NCBI GenBank assembly: GCA_049320885.1
Contig: JBMORA010000033.1
Location: 23,626-87,625, forward strand
Direction of reading: 5' to 3'
Source: Thermodesulfobacteriota bacterium
GTDB taxonomy: Bacteria; Desulfobacterota; Desulfobacteria; Desulfobacterales; SURF-7
Length of the DNA: 64,000 nt
This document shows, piece by piece, positions 47,004 through 55,320 of this stretch (position 1 is its first letter; each line of letters opens with the position of its first letter). Below the pieces are notes generated by a model. That model did no database searches. It was not told the DNA's origin and saw only the letters and a program-made list of their open reading frames with translations. Made by a program: the position numbers and the translations under genes.

Positions 47004-47925
47004 AAGGATTTTCTTCCCGCTGGATCTCTCGGAAACATCCGCGAAACTGGCACCCTATGCGCTTTCCATGGCCCGGAAATTCTCCGCCAAACTTCACATC
47101 GTTTTCGTGGCCAGAATGTTCGACCATTTTTCGGAAATGTATGTCGCCGATACCATGATCGCCAATTTCCAGAAAGCGGTGATGGAAGGCGCCAAAAAGC
47201 GTTTGCAGGAATTCACCACGGAACATCTTGCTTCCTGGCCCCATGTAGAAACAACCGTACTCGCCGGAGATATCGCCGAAGAAATCCTTGCCTATTTGGA
47301 AGCAAACACCTTCGACTTGATGATATTGGGAACCCATGGTCGAAAAGGCCTCGAGAAAATTTTCTTCGGCTCCGTGGCGGAACGGCTGCTGAAAGCCTCC
47401 CCCGCGCCGGTTTTGCTGATCAACCCCTATCGTCTGGAATCCATCCGCGGTGCCGGTTTTCCGGATACGCCCTTCCGTAAGATCATGTTTCCGGTGGATC
47501 TGTCCACCATTTCACCCGTCATTGTTCCCTTTGTCAAAGCCGTTGCCGGCGCTTTCGGCGCCGACATCGAACTGCTGCGGGTCATGCGCTCGGTCAATTA
47601 TTTCAATTCGCTTTACGTACCGGACAACTCGATTTTTACCTTCGAGGAAGAACTGCGACTGGGCGCCAAGCGGAAGATGGAAGAATTCAAGCAAGCACAT
47701 TTCGCCGATGCCCCCGGTGCCAAAACCAACGTTCTTGTCGGCGATATATCGGAATGTATCCTGGATTTCGCCCGTTCCAAGCAGGTGGATCTTATCGTCA
47801 TGGGCACGCATGGCCGGAAAGGATTGGACAAGATCATGTACGGTTCCGTTGCCGAACGGGTGGCCAAGGCCTCACCGGTTCCGGTGCTGCTGGTCAACCC
47901 CCATCGGGTCTCCCGGCAAGCATGA
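46990..47925 (+). CDS. Universal stress protein, tandem USP domains
   Basis: Two USP-like halves, each ending in the pattern ...DLMILGTHGRKGLEKIFFGSVAERLLKASPAPVLLI / ...DLIVMGTHGRKGLDKIMYGSVAERVAKASPVPVLLV. AAGGAGG lies upstream of the ATG at 46990. Confidence 0.85.
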   Translation: MQFFKRIFFPLDLSETSAKLAPYALSMARKFSAKLHIVFVARMFDHFSEMYVADTMIANFQKAVMEGAKKRLQEFTTEHLASWPHVETTVLAGDIAEEILAYLEANTFDLMILGTHGRKGLEKIFFGSVAERLLKASPAPVLLINPYRLESIRGAGFPDTPFRKIMFPVDLSTISPVIVPFVKAVAGAFGADIELLRVMRSVNYFNSLYVPDNSIFTFEEELRLGAKRKMEEFKQAHFADAPGAKTNVLVGDISECILDFARSKQVDLIVMGTHGRKGLDKIMYGSVAERVAKASPVPVLLVNPHRVSRQA

Positions 47926-47991
47926 CCGAAACGGGATCTGAAATCTGACATTTCAAATCACCAGAAGTGGTTTTTTCTTGGAGGTTCCGCC

Positions 47992-48942
47992 ATGAAACAA
48001 AAATACCTGCTGGCGGTGGATCGGTTTGACCAGTCCCTTTCGGTCGTCCGCTATTTCAGCAAAATTGTCCCCCCCGACCGGGCTGAAGCGGTGCTGTTCC
48101 GGGTGAATCCCCCGGTCCCGGAATGTCTATTCGACCTGGAGAAAGATCCCCATCCGGGAATCGACCTCCTGCCCATCGATGGCTGGAGTTCCCATGAAAA
48201 AGAAGCCGCCGAAGCCTTTTTCGATGCCGCCAGGATCATGCTGCTGCAGAAAGGCTTTGCACCGTCAGCCATTACCGTCCTTCACCAGCCGCGCCAAAGA
48301 GGTATCGCCAGGGATATCGCGGACGAATCCAGAAAAGGATATGCGGCTCTGTTGATCGGACGCTCGGAAACCCATGACATGAACGACATATCCCTGGGCA
48401 GCGTAACCACCAAACTGGTTCACCTGTGCGATCATCTCCCCCTGGCGGTAATCGGCGCCAACCCGCCGACGGACAGGTTTCTTATCGGTATGGATCGTTC
48501 CGAAGGCGCGCGGCGTGCCGTTGAATTCGTCGCCGGCATTCTTCACAACCCGGGTATCGACGTAACCCTTTGCCATGTGATCCGGTCGCTCAAACTGAAA
48601 CAGCTGCGCAACCGTCCCGCCGGAAAACAGGCGGCTGTTTTTTCACCGGAACATGAACTCAAGTGGCAGAAAATCAACCAGGAAGGCATCCGGCCGGTAC
48701 TTCATCTTGCCGAACGCCAATTTGTAGATGCCGGCTGGGCGCCCCATAAAGTTCACAGCAAAGTGATTCTGGAAGTCGAAAAACGTTCCCAGTGTCTGGT
48801 GAATGAAATGCTGACCGAAGGCCACGGCAGCATCGTGCTCGGCCGCAGAGGCGCTTCCGTTGTAAAAGAATTTTTCATGGGCCGGGTGGGCCAGAAAGTG
48901 TTGAATCTGGCCGCAAACCGGGCTGTATGGATTGTCAATTGA
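47992..48942 (+). CDS. Universal stress protein-like, tandem domains (divergent)
   Basis: ALLIGRSETHDMNDISLGSVTTKLVHL... and SIVLGRRGASVVKEFFMGRVGQKVLNLAANRAVWIV are USP C-terminal patterns. Confidence 0.7.
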   Translation: MKQKYLLAVDRFDQSLSVVRYFSKIVPPDRAEAVLFRVNPPVPECLFDLEKDPHPGIDLLPIDGWSSHEKEAAEAFFDAARIMLLQKGFAPSAITVLHQPRQRGIARDIADESRKGYAALLIGRSETHDMNDISLGSVTTKLVHLCDHLPLAVIGANPPTDRFLIGMDRSEGARRAVEFVAGILHNPGIDVTLCHVIRSLKLKQLRNRPAGKQAAVFSPEHELKWQKINQEGIRPVLHLAERQFVDAGWAPHKVHSKVILEVEKRSQCLVNEMLTEGHGSIVLGRRGASVVKEFFMGRVGQKVLNLAANRAVWIVN

Positions 48943-48943
48943 C

Positions 48944-49852
48944 ATGCGCGCGATATTAGACCTGTTTCGCCGGCCCGAACCGAAAGCACAAGGCCTTGGC
49001 GCTTCCCGCCTTTCAAGGGGGCTTGTTTTCGCGGTTTCCCTGCTCCTGACCGCGGCGATCGGATATCTGCGGCATCTCACCGGACCGGAGTACGCCTTGT
49101 CGGCCTTCTATATTTTCCCCATCGCATTATCCGCCTGGCTGGTGGGCATCTGGGGCGGGGTCTCTATTTCCGCGGCCGGAGCCCTTTCCTGGCTGACGGC
49201 GGATCTTTCCATTATCGAGTCCTTCTCAAATCCCTATGTGCCGTATGTGAACGAAACGTTTCGCTTGCTGGTATTCCTGTTCATCGCCCTGCTGATCTCC
49301 AAAATGAAAGCCCTGGTCGAATCCCAGAAGCAGCTGGCCAGAACCGACCCCCTGACCGGAATTTCCAACCGGCTGGCGTTTTTTGAATTCGCCGAAAGCG
49401 CGATCCAGCATGCCCGGAGGTTCGGCCACCCGGTTTCCATCCTTTCCCTCGACCTGGATAATTTTAAAAGCGTCAACGATTGTTACGGCCACCGGGAAGG
49501 CGACAAGCTCCTGCGCCTGGTTGCCGGGACCATCCGGGCCAATATCCGCGTCATCGATATCGTCGCCCGCTTCGGCGGCGATGAATTCGTGATTTTACTC
49601 TCCCGAACGGACAGCGACGCCGCCTTTCAGTTGGGGGTCAAGCTGCAGCGCAAACTCCTCGCCCTGATGAAACAAAACAACTGGCCGGCCACCGCCAGCA
49701 TCGGCGTCGCCACCTATGAAGACGTTCAGACAAGCATCCATGAAATGGTCGCTTCCGCCGATGCCCTGATGTATTCCGCCAAACAGAACGGCAAAAACCT
49801 GGTCCTGAGAAAAATCAGCGATCAGACCAAAACCTCTTCCGGTATTCATTAG
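48944..49852 (+). CDS. Membrane-anchored diguanylate cyclase (GGDEF)
   Basis: Three to four N-terminal hydrophobic segments, then DPLTGISNR...SLDLDNFKSVNDCYGHREGD...RFGGDEFVILL. Confidence 0.85.
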   Translation: MRAILDLFRRPEPKAQGLGASRLSRGLVFAVSLLLTAAIGYLRHLTGPEYALSAFYIFPIALSAWLVGIWGGVSISAAGALSWLTADLSIIESFSNPYVPYVNETFRLLVFLFIALLISKMKALVESQKQLARTDPLTGISNRLAFFEFAESAIQHARRFGHPVSILSLDLDNFKSVNDCYGHREGDKLLRLVAGTIRANIRVIDIVARFGGDEFVILLSRTDSDAAFQLGVKLQRKLLALMKQNNWPATASIGVATYEDVQTSIHEMVASADALMYSAKQNGKNLVLRKISDQTKTSSGIH

Positions 49853-49864
49853 AAAGGAGGAATC

Positions 49865-50140
49865 ATGGCGGCCAACTCAAAAATCCGTTTTTATAAAGAT
49901 GGGAAACAGGTGCGGTTTCAACTGAACGGCGATTTCGACGGTTCCATGGCATTGCAGCTGATCGGCATGATCGGCGATCATTGCGGCCGTTCCGATGCCG
50001 TCGTGATCGACACCGACGATCTCAGGGATTTGTTACCATTCGGGGTGGAAGTTTTTCACAAACGCTTGCGGACGGATCTCGGTTTCCCCCTTCATTGCCG
50101 GGTGGTCGGTTCCAAATCAGCCCTCCTGCAGCCACATTAA
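49865..50140 (+). CDS. Small protein, possibly STAS-like
   Basis: 91 aa. RFQLNGDFDGSMALQL...DAVVIDTDDLRDLLPFGVEVF loosely resembles the anti-sigma-antagonist/STAS pattern. GGAGG lies upstream of the start. Confidence 0.4.
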   Translation: MAANSKIRFYKDGKQVRFQLNGDFDGSMALQLIGMIGDHCGRSDAVVIDTDDLRDLLPFGVEVFHKRLRTDLGFPLHCRVVGSKSALLQPH

Positions 50141-50367
50141 AAAACTGCTGAATTACTCCCCCAGGGAACTGGAGGAATACCTGGAGTTGGAAAACCAAAC
50201 CCTGCTGCGGGTTTTGCGTTGCTCACCGGAATGGAAAAACCGGGTGGCTTGACTTTTTCTCCAGGCCGGTTTTTCCTGTTTTTCGATTGTTACCAGCAGC
50301 GGATTCAGTTGAAACCGCGCTGAAGCATCGGAGCTCCAGGCGATTTCAACCTGTCCATGAGAGGGAA

Positions 50368-51204
50368 TCAGACGAGCTTGCCCATTTTTCCCGCGATGCT
50401 GTCAAATGCCTTGGTAACGGGTGAATCCACATATTTTTCCTGGTAGGAGACACCGGCATCGCCGCAGGTCACCATGGCCGTGTCAAACGGAATCCGGCCC
50501 AAAAAGGGGATGCCGGTTTCGAGGGCCGTGCGTTCTCCGCCGCCGGAGCCGAAAATCTCGATCAGTTGATTGCAGTGGGGGCATTGCAATCCGCTCATGT
50601 TTTCGATGAGCCCGAAAATGTCCATCTTGACGACCCGGCAGAAATTGATGGACTTGCGGACATCCGCAAGGGACACTTCCTGGGGCGTGGTCACGATGAC
50701 GGCCTTGGCGTCCTTGATGATCTGGGCCACGGTCAAAGGTTCGTCGCCGGTCCCCGGAGGAGCGTCGATGAGCAGAAAATCGAGGTCTCCCCAGGCGACA
50801 TCGCCGATGAATTGGCGGATGGCCGAATGCTTGACCGGACCCCGCCAGATAATGGCGTCATCCTTGTTGACGCTCAGGCTCTCAATGGAAATCGCCGCCA
50901 GTCTGTCCGAATAACGCAGTGGAACCAGCTTCTGATCCCGATCCACATCCAGCATGCCGGACAGCCCCAGCATGCGGGGGATATCGGGGCCATGAATATC
51001 CACATCCATGATGCCGACACGGAAGCCCTTCTTGGCCAGAGCCATGGCCAGATTCACCGTGACACTGGTTTTCCCGACGCCGCCCTTTCCGCTCATGACA
51101 ATCAATTTGTTTTTTATTTTTCCAAGCGAAGCCTTGACCGGCGCATCCGGGTCGGGTTTGGCCTCCGCCGGGCAACTCGCGATATTGATACCGTCCTGTT
51201 TCAT
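50368..51204 (-). CDS. Mrp/NBP35-family Fe-S cluster carrier ATPase
   Basis: Deviant Walker A SGKGGVGKTS and a CPHC motif. Start chosen at MKQDGIN (the longest ORF starts at 51318). Confidence 0.85.
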   Translation of the reverse strand: MKQDGINIASCPAEAKPDPDAPVKASLGKIKNKLIVMSGKGGVGKTSVTVNLAMALAKKGFRVGIMDVDIHGPDIPRMLGLSGMLDVDRDQKLVPLRYSDRLAAISIESLSVNKDDAIIWRGPVKHSAIRQFIGDVAWGDLDFLLIDAPPGTGDEPLTVAQIIKDAKAVIVTTPQEVSLADVRKSINFCRVVKMDIFGLIENMSGLQCPHCNQLIEIFGSGGGERTALETGIPFLGRIPFDTAMVTCGDAGVSYQEKYVDSPVTKAFDSIAGKMGKLV

Positions 51205-51271
51205 ACTGTCTTCCTTTCTTTTTCTTGGCAAAATAGATGATACGGCTGCATTGCGGAACCGGCCTTCGAAT

Positions 51272-51700
51272 TTATCCCCCGGCTTCCAGATGCGGGAGAC
51301 GATAAATGTTTTCGTCATGACAAGCCGGGCAGCATCCGGGATGGCCGCTGCCCTGGGGCTCCTCCCACTGTGTGTTGCAATGCTGGCAGACGAATATTCT
51401 TTTTACGTCCCCGATCCGATAATTGCCGCCCTGGACATTGATGGCCTTGCCGTTGATCAGGGCATCGGCGATGATCCCCCGCGCGCGGTTGACGATTCGC
51501 CCGAAGGTGGCCCGGGAGACACCCATCTGTTGCCCGGCCTCTTCGTGGGACAGGCCTTCCAAATCCGCGAGACGGATGGCTTCGCGTTCATCAACGGTCA
51601 GGGCGACTTCCTCCAGCTCGATCATGGGAATTCCGCGGGGCTTGAAATAACTGACGTTGGGATTGAAGGTGACAATTCGATCTTTCTGGGGACGGACCAT
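51272..51700 (-). CDS. DUF134 (UPF0251) family putative DNA-binding protein with C-terminal Cys-rich segment
   Basis: YFKPRGIP...LTVDEREAIRLADLEGLSHEEAGQQMGVSRATFGRI is the DUF134/sigma-70 region-4-like pattern. The C-terminus has CQHC...CCPAC. Confidence 0.8.
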   Translation of the reverse strand: MVRPQKDRIVTFNPNVSYFKPRGIPMIELEEVALTVDEREAIRLADLEGLSHEEAGQQMGVSRATFGRIVNRARGIIADALINGKAINVQGGNYRIGDVKRIFVCQHCNTQWEEPQGSGHPGCCPACHDENIYRLPHLEAGG

Positions 51701-51771
51701 ATGTTATCCTTTATGGGAAAATACTCATAACAGGAAAATAGTGGCCGTCGCCCGGAAAGTCAAGGCCTTTT

Positions 51772-53025
51772 TCAGGCGGGGAAAACGTGCGGGGGAAATG
51801 AAGATTTTTCGAAATGCTTCCCGAGGGCCTCGAATAAATCGCGGATCAAACGCCGGGGGTTTTCGATTCGACCAAGGGCCGGATCTTTCAGCAACCGGTT
51901 GGTGCGCTCCATTCCCAGGCGGAATTGGTCGAGCATATCCGCCGGAATTGCATTCGATCCCGTCCCCTGGTGTCGCTCTTCTCCGCTGTACGCCCGGTTT
52001 TCCAGAACGGCTGCGTATCGGGTTTGCTGAACGTCCATGTCCAGAGAGAAGCCGGACAGTTCCGTGGAATCGAAATCGATGGATGCCGCCTGGGAGATGG
52101 TTTTCCCCATATCGAAGGCATAAAAGGTTTTGGCCAGTCCGGCAATGTCGCCGATGAGTTCCCGGATGGCCGTGATTTCATCCTCGTCCAGGTCGCCCCG
52201 GATGCTATAGGCGAGGTTCTTTTCCAGGTAGCCGTATTGTTCCGTACGCATGGTACCGCCGTCGGATCCGGCGGCTGCAAATTGGCTTTGCCCGGCTCCC
52301 GCAGTCTGGTGAATATCGATGCTCACCCGGTCGCCGTCACGGGTCATGATGGTGAGACTCAGATTGCGGGACTCATCGAAAGCCATCGTTGAATACGAAT
52401 AACTGCCGGAATCAGCACCGGCGGTTCTGGTCTTGATATCCTGAACCCCCTGCTTGATCAATCCGTACGCCTGATCCACCGCATCCATGATCTCTTGAAA
52501 ATGCTCCGCGCCGGAAAAATCGCCGCGGGTTTGGGAATATCCCCGATCCACTCCCTGCTCCAGACGGCCCGCCCATTCATTCCCGCTTGTGGAAGGAGAA
52601 ATGGCCGGTTTCGTCGCGGCCGGCAGTGACGCTCCCGTTGCTTCGCTCCGGGAAACGGGCCCCGACCCTGTTTCCACTCCGCCAGCTGCGGTTCCGGACG
52701 AAGCCGTTGGTCCAGCCGGAGCTTCTCCGAAGAGCCGGTTCTCAAGCGCTCGCAGAAACCGTCCGGCGATGGATGCGGGACTTGTCTTCGCCCGATACGG
52801 GCCGGTCTTCCCGATGGCTTGACGATCCATCACCCGTCCCAACTCACCTTCGATCCGGTTGATGAAATGCAGCAGCCCGGCGTCCGGTTCCGGCTGACTC
52901 AGCGAAACCGCGTCCGTTTCCATGGGAAAGGGGGTCGGCCCCGCAATGGGCTGTTCCGTTGTGGTGATGCTTTCCGGATATCGGGAAGATACAGCCGGGA
53001 CATGGGATTGGATAGGGTTCAACAT
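51772..53025 (-). CDS. Hypothetical protein (about 417 aa, Ala/Gly/Ser-rich N-terminal half)
   Basis: Long ORF with coding-like composition. AGGAGG lies 6-7 nt upstream of the ATG at 53025. No family recognised. Confidence 0.55.
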   Translation of the reverse strand: MLNPIQSHVPAVSSRYPESITTTEQPIAGPTPFPMETDAVSLSQPEPDAGLLHFINRIEGELGRVMDRQAIGKTGPYRAKTSPASIAGRFLRALENRLFGEAPAGPTASSGTAAGGVETGSGPVSRSEATGASLPAATKPAISPSTSGNEWAGRLEQGVDRGYSQTRGDFSGAEHFQEIMDAVDQAYGLIKQGVQDIKTRTAGADSGSYSYSTMAFDESRNLSLTIMTRDGDRVSIDIHQTAGAGQSQFAAAGSDGGTMRTEQYGYLEKNLAYSIRGDLDEDEITAIRELIGDIAGLAKTFYAFDMGKTISQAASIDFDSTELSGFSLDMDVQQTRYAAVLENRAYSGEERHQGTGSNAIPADMLDQFRLGMERTNRLLKDPALGRIENPRRLIRDLFEALGKHFEKSSFPPHVFPA

Positions 53026-53227
53026 GGGGACGCCTCCTTCCATGGACGCAAGGTCGTTGGGACTGCCGTGTCCCGGGGGAAAAGCATACCGCCCGCGTCA
53101 CGAACGGGAATAGCGCTCCCCGCGAAAAAACGAACAGAATGCAATGCTGATTTGTTGATTTTCATATCGGACGATTTGTGATAGAACTTTAGCAATACTT
53201 TTTTAACCCCAACCGAAACGAATAAAC

Positions 53228-53437
53228 ATGCTGTACTATTCAAAATATCTAGCTGTTTTACTGGCCGCCCTGATCCTGGGCCGCTGGTTCGATCAGGAAC
53301 GAAAACGTCTTCGCGCCCAGGGTTTGCCCTGGCATCATGCCTGGCGGACCACCCCCGGTGTGATCATCATCATCTGCATCGGTCTGCTGATCGCCCTGCG
53401 ACTGTTGCTGTCATTCCGTCTCCCTGGCGGATGGTAA
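53228..53437 (+). CDS. Small membrane protein
   Basis: 69 aa with two hydrophobic segments separated by a basic loop. Weak support only. Confidence 0.35.
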   Translation: MLYYSKYLAVLLAALILGRWFDQERKRLRAQGLPWHHAWRTTPGVIIIICIGLLIALRLLLSFRLPGGW

Positions 53438-53472
53438 GAAGCTGTCAACCAAATCCAGAGGCATTGCATGCA

Positions 53473-53880
53473 ATGGAACACATGAAAACCGTGGTTGATC
53501 ACGATCGTTTTGCCGCCCATGTGGGAATCCGTCTGACGGCGGTGGGTGCGGGATATGCCCGCGCCGAGCTGGATGTGGCGGATTGTCATCTGAACGGTCT
53601 GGGAACCGCCCATGGCGGCGTCATTTTCACCCTGGCGGATCTGGCGTTCGCCGCGGCCTCCAATTCCCATGGTATCGACGCCATGGCGGTGACCGTCCAT
53701 ATTTCCTATTTCAAGGCCGTGCGGGAAGGGACATTGATCGCCGAAGCCACGGAATTGTCCCTGAACCGGAAACTCGCCACCTATGCCGTCCACGTTTCCG
53801 AAAAAAACGGTGACCGGGTGGCCGCCTTTGTCGGAACCGCCTACCGCAAATCACCAAAGGACGGGGCGGGCCGTTCATAG
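53473..53880 (+). CDS. PaaI-family hotdog-fold thioesterase
   Basis: NGLGTAHGGVIFTLADLAFAAA is the PaaI/4HBT class II motif. Confidence 0.8.
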   Translation: MEHMKTVVDHDRFAAHVGIRLTAVGAGYARAELDVADCHLNGLGTAHGGVIFTLADLAFAAASNSHGIDAMAVTVHISYFKAVREGTLIAEATELSLNRKLATYAVHVSEKNGDRVAAFVGTAYRKSPKDGAGRS

Positions 53881-53895
53881 CTCCCGATGCCGGGG

Positions 53896-55320
53896 TCAGC
53901 AGATCTTCTCCAGGCAATCCTTCGAGAGCGTGCCGTCGAAGTCCACGGCATAGCATCCGTCGAAACAGGCCTTGCAGAAATTGTTTCCCGGATCATTGGT
54001 TCCCGTTGACTCCAGCAATCCTTCCAGGCTGAGATAATGGAGGCTGTCCAGCCCGAGAAACTCCCGCAATTCGGGGATGGTCTTGGTGGCGGCGATCAGC
54101 TCGCCTTTGGTGGAAAAATCAATGCCGTAATGGCAGGGGAACCGGTGGGGCGGACAGGCGATCCGCATGTGCACCTGTTTGACACCCAGCTCGCGCAGGG
54201 CCTTGACCCGTGTTTTGGCGGTGGTGCCGCGGATGATCGAATCCTCGATGATGATGATGTCCTTGCCGGCCAGCAGTTGTTTGACGGGATTCAGCTTGAT
54301 CCGCACTCCGAAATCCCGCATGTTCTGGGTGGGCTGGATAAAAGTCCGGCCCACGTAGTGGTTGCGGATCATGCCGATTTCAAATGGGATGCCGGAAGCC
54401 TCGCTGTATCCCAGCGCCGCGTAATTTCCGGAATCCGGAAAAGGCATCACCAGATCCGCCGCAACGGGCGCCTCCAGGGCCAGTCGCCGGCCGTGATCCT
54501 TGCGGACCATGTACACATTCTTATCAAAAAAAGTGCTGTCGGGCCGGGCGAAATAGATATATTCGAAAATACAGAAGGCCCGTTTGACCGCCGGATGGGG
54601 TTTGATGCTGCGGATGCCTTCCCGCGAGATAATGACGATCTCCCCGGGATCCAATTCACGGACGAATTCGGCTTGCAGCAGATCCAGGGCGCAGGATTCC
54701 GATGCCAGAATGTAATTTCCGTTGAGCCTGCCGAGACACAGGGGGCGGAAACCGTTGGGGTCCTTGATGCCGATGATCTCTCCCTTGCCGGTCAAGACCA
54801 CGAACGAATAGGCCCCCTTGAGCCGCAGCACCGTCCGGGTGAGGGCTTCTTCCAACCCGCCGTATTTCAAGTTTTTGACAAACAGGTGCAAGGCCACTTC
54901 GCTGTCCATGGTGGTTTGGAAGATGGAGCCTTCCTCCTCCAGTTCTTCCTTCAGGATATGCGCGTTGACCAGGTTGCCGTTGTGGGCCACGGCATAGGAT
55001 TTTCCACGGTGGTGCACCACGAAAGGCTGGGCGTTGGCAAGGGTGGAACTGCCGGTGGTGGAATACCGCACATGACCGATGGCGCTGCCGCCCTGAAGTT
55101 GTTCCAAATGGTTGATGTCGAACACATCCGCCACCAGTCCCATCCCTTTATGGGCCGTAATGCGTTTGTCCCGGGCGACCGTGATGCCGGCACTTTCCTG
55201 GCCCCGGTGTTGAAGCGCGTACAGGCCGAAATACGTCAGTTTGGCGGCTTCCGGATGGTCGAAAATCCCGAAGATGCCGCAGGCTTCCCGAGGTCGCTTG
55301 TCGATGGGGGTGCTAGGCAT
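53896..55320 (-). CDS. purF: Amidophosphoribosyltransferase
   Basis: The N-terminal ...EACGIFGIF Ntn Cys is preceded by a propeptide-like leader. PRTase motif [12 protein letters not shown]; C-terminal Cys ligands. Confidence 0.95.
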   Translation of the reverse strand: MPSTPIDKRPREACGIFGIFDHPEAAKLTYFGLYALQHRGQESAGITVARDKRITAHKGMGLVADVFDINHLEQLQGGSAIGHVRYSTTGSSTLANAQPFVVHHRGKSYAVAHNGNLVNAHILKEELEEEGSIFQTTMDSEVALHLFVKNLKYGGLEEALTRTVLRLKGAYSFVVLTGKGEIIGIKDPNGFRPLCLGRLNGNYILASESCALDLLQAEFVRELDPGEIVIISREGIRSIKPHPAVKRAFCIFEYIYFARPDSTFFDKNVYMVRKDHGRRLALEAPVAADLVMPFPDSGNYAALGYSEASGIPFEIGMIRNHYVGRTFIQPTQNMRDFGVRIKLNPVKQLLAGKDIIIIEDSIIRGTTAKTRVKALRELGVKQVHMRIACPPHRFPCHYGIDFSTKGELIAATKTIPELREFLGLDSLHYLSLEGLLESTGTNDPGNNFCKACFDGCYAVDFDGTLSKDCLEKIC

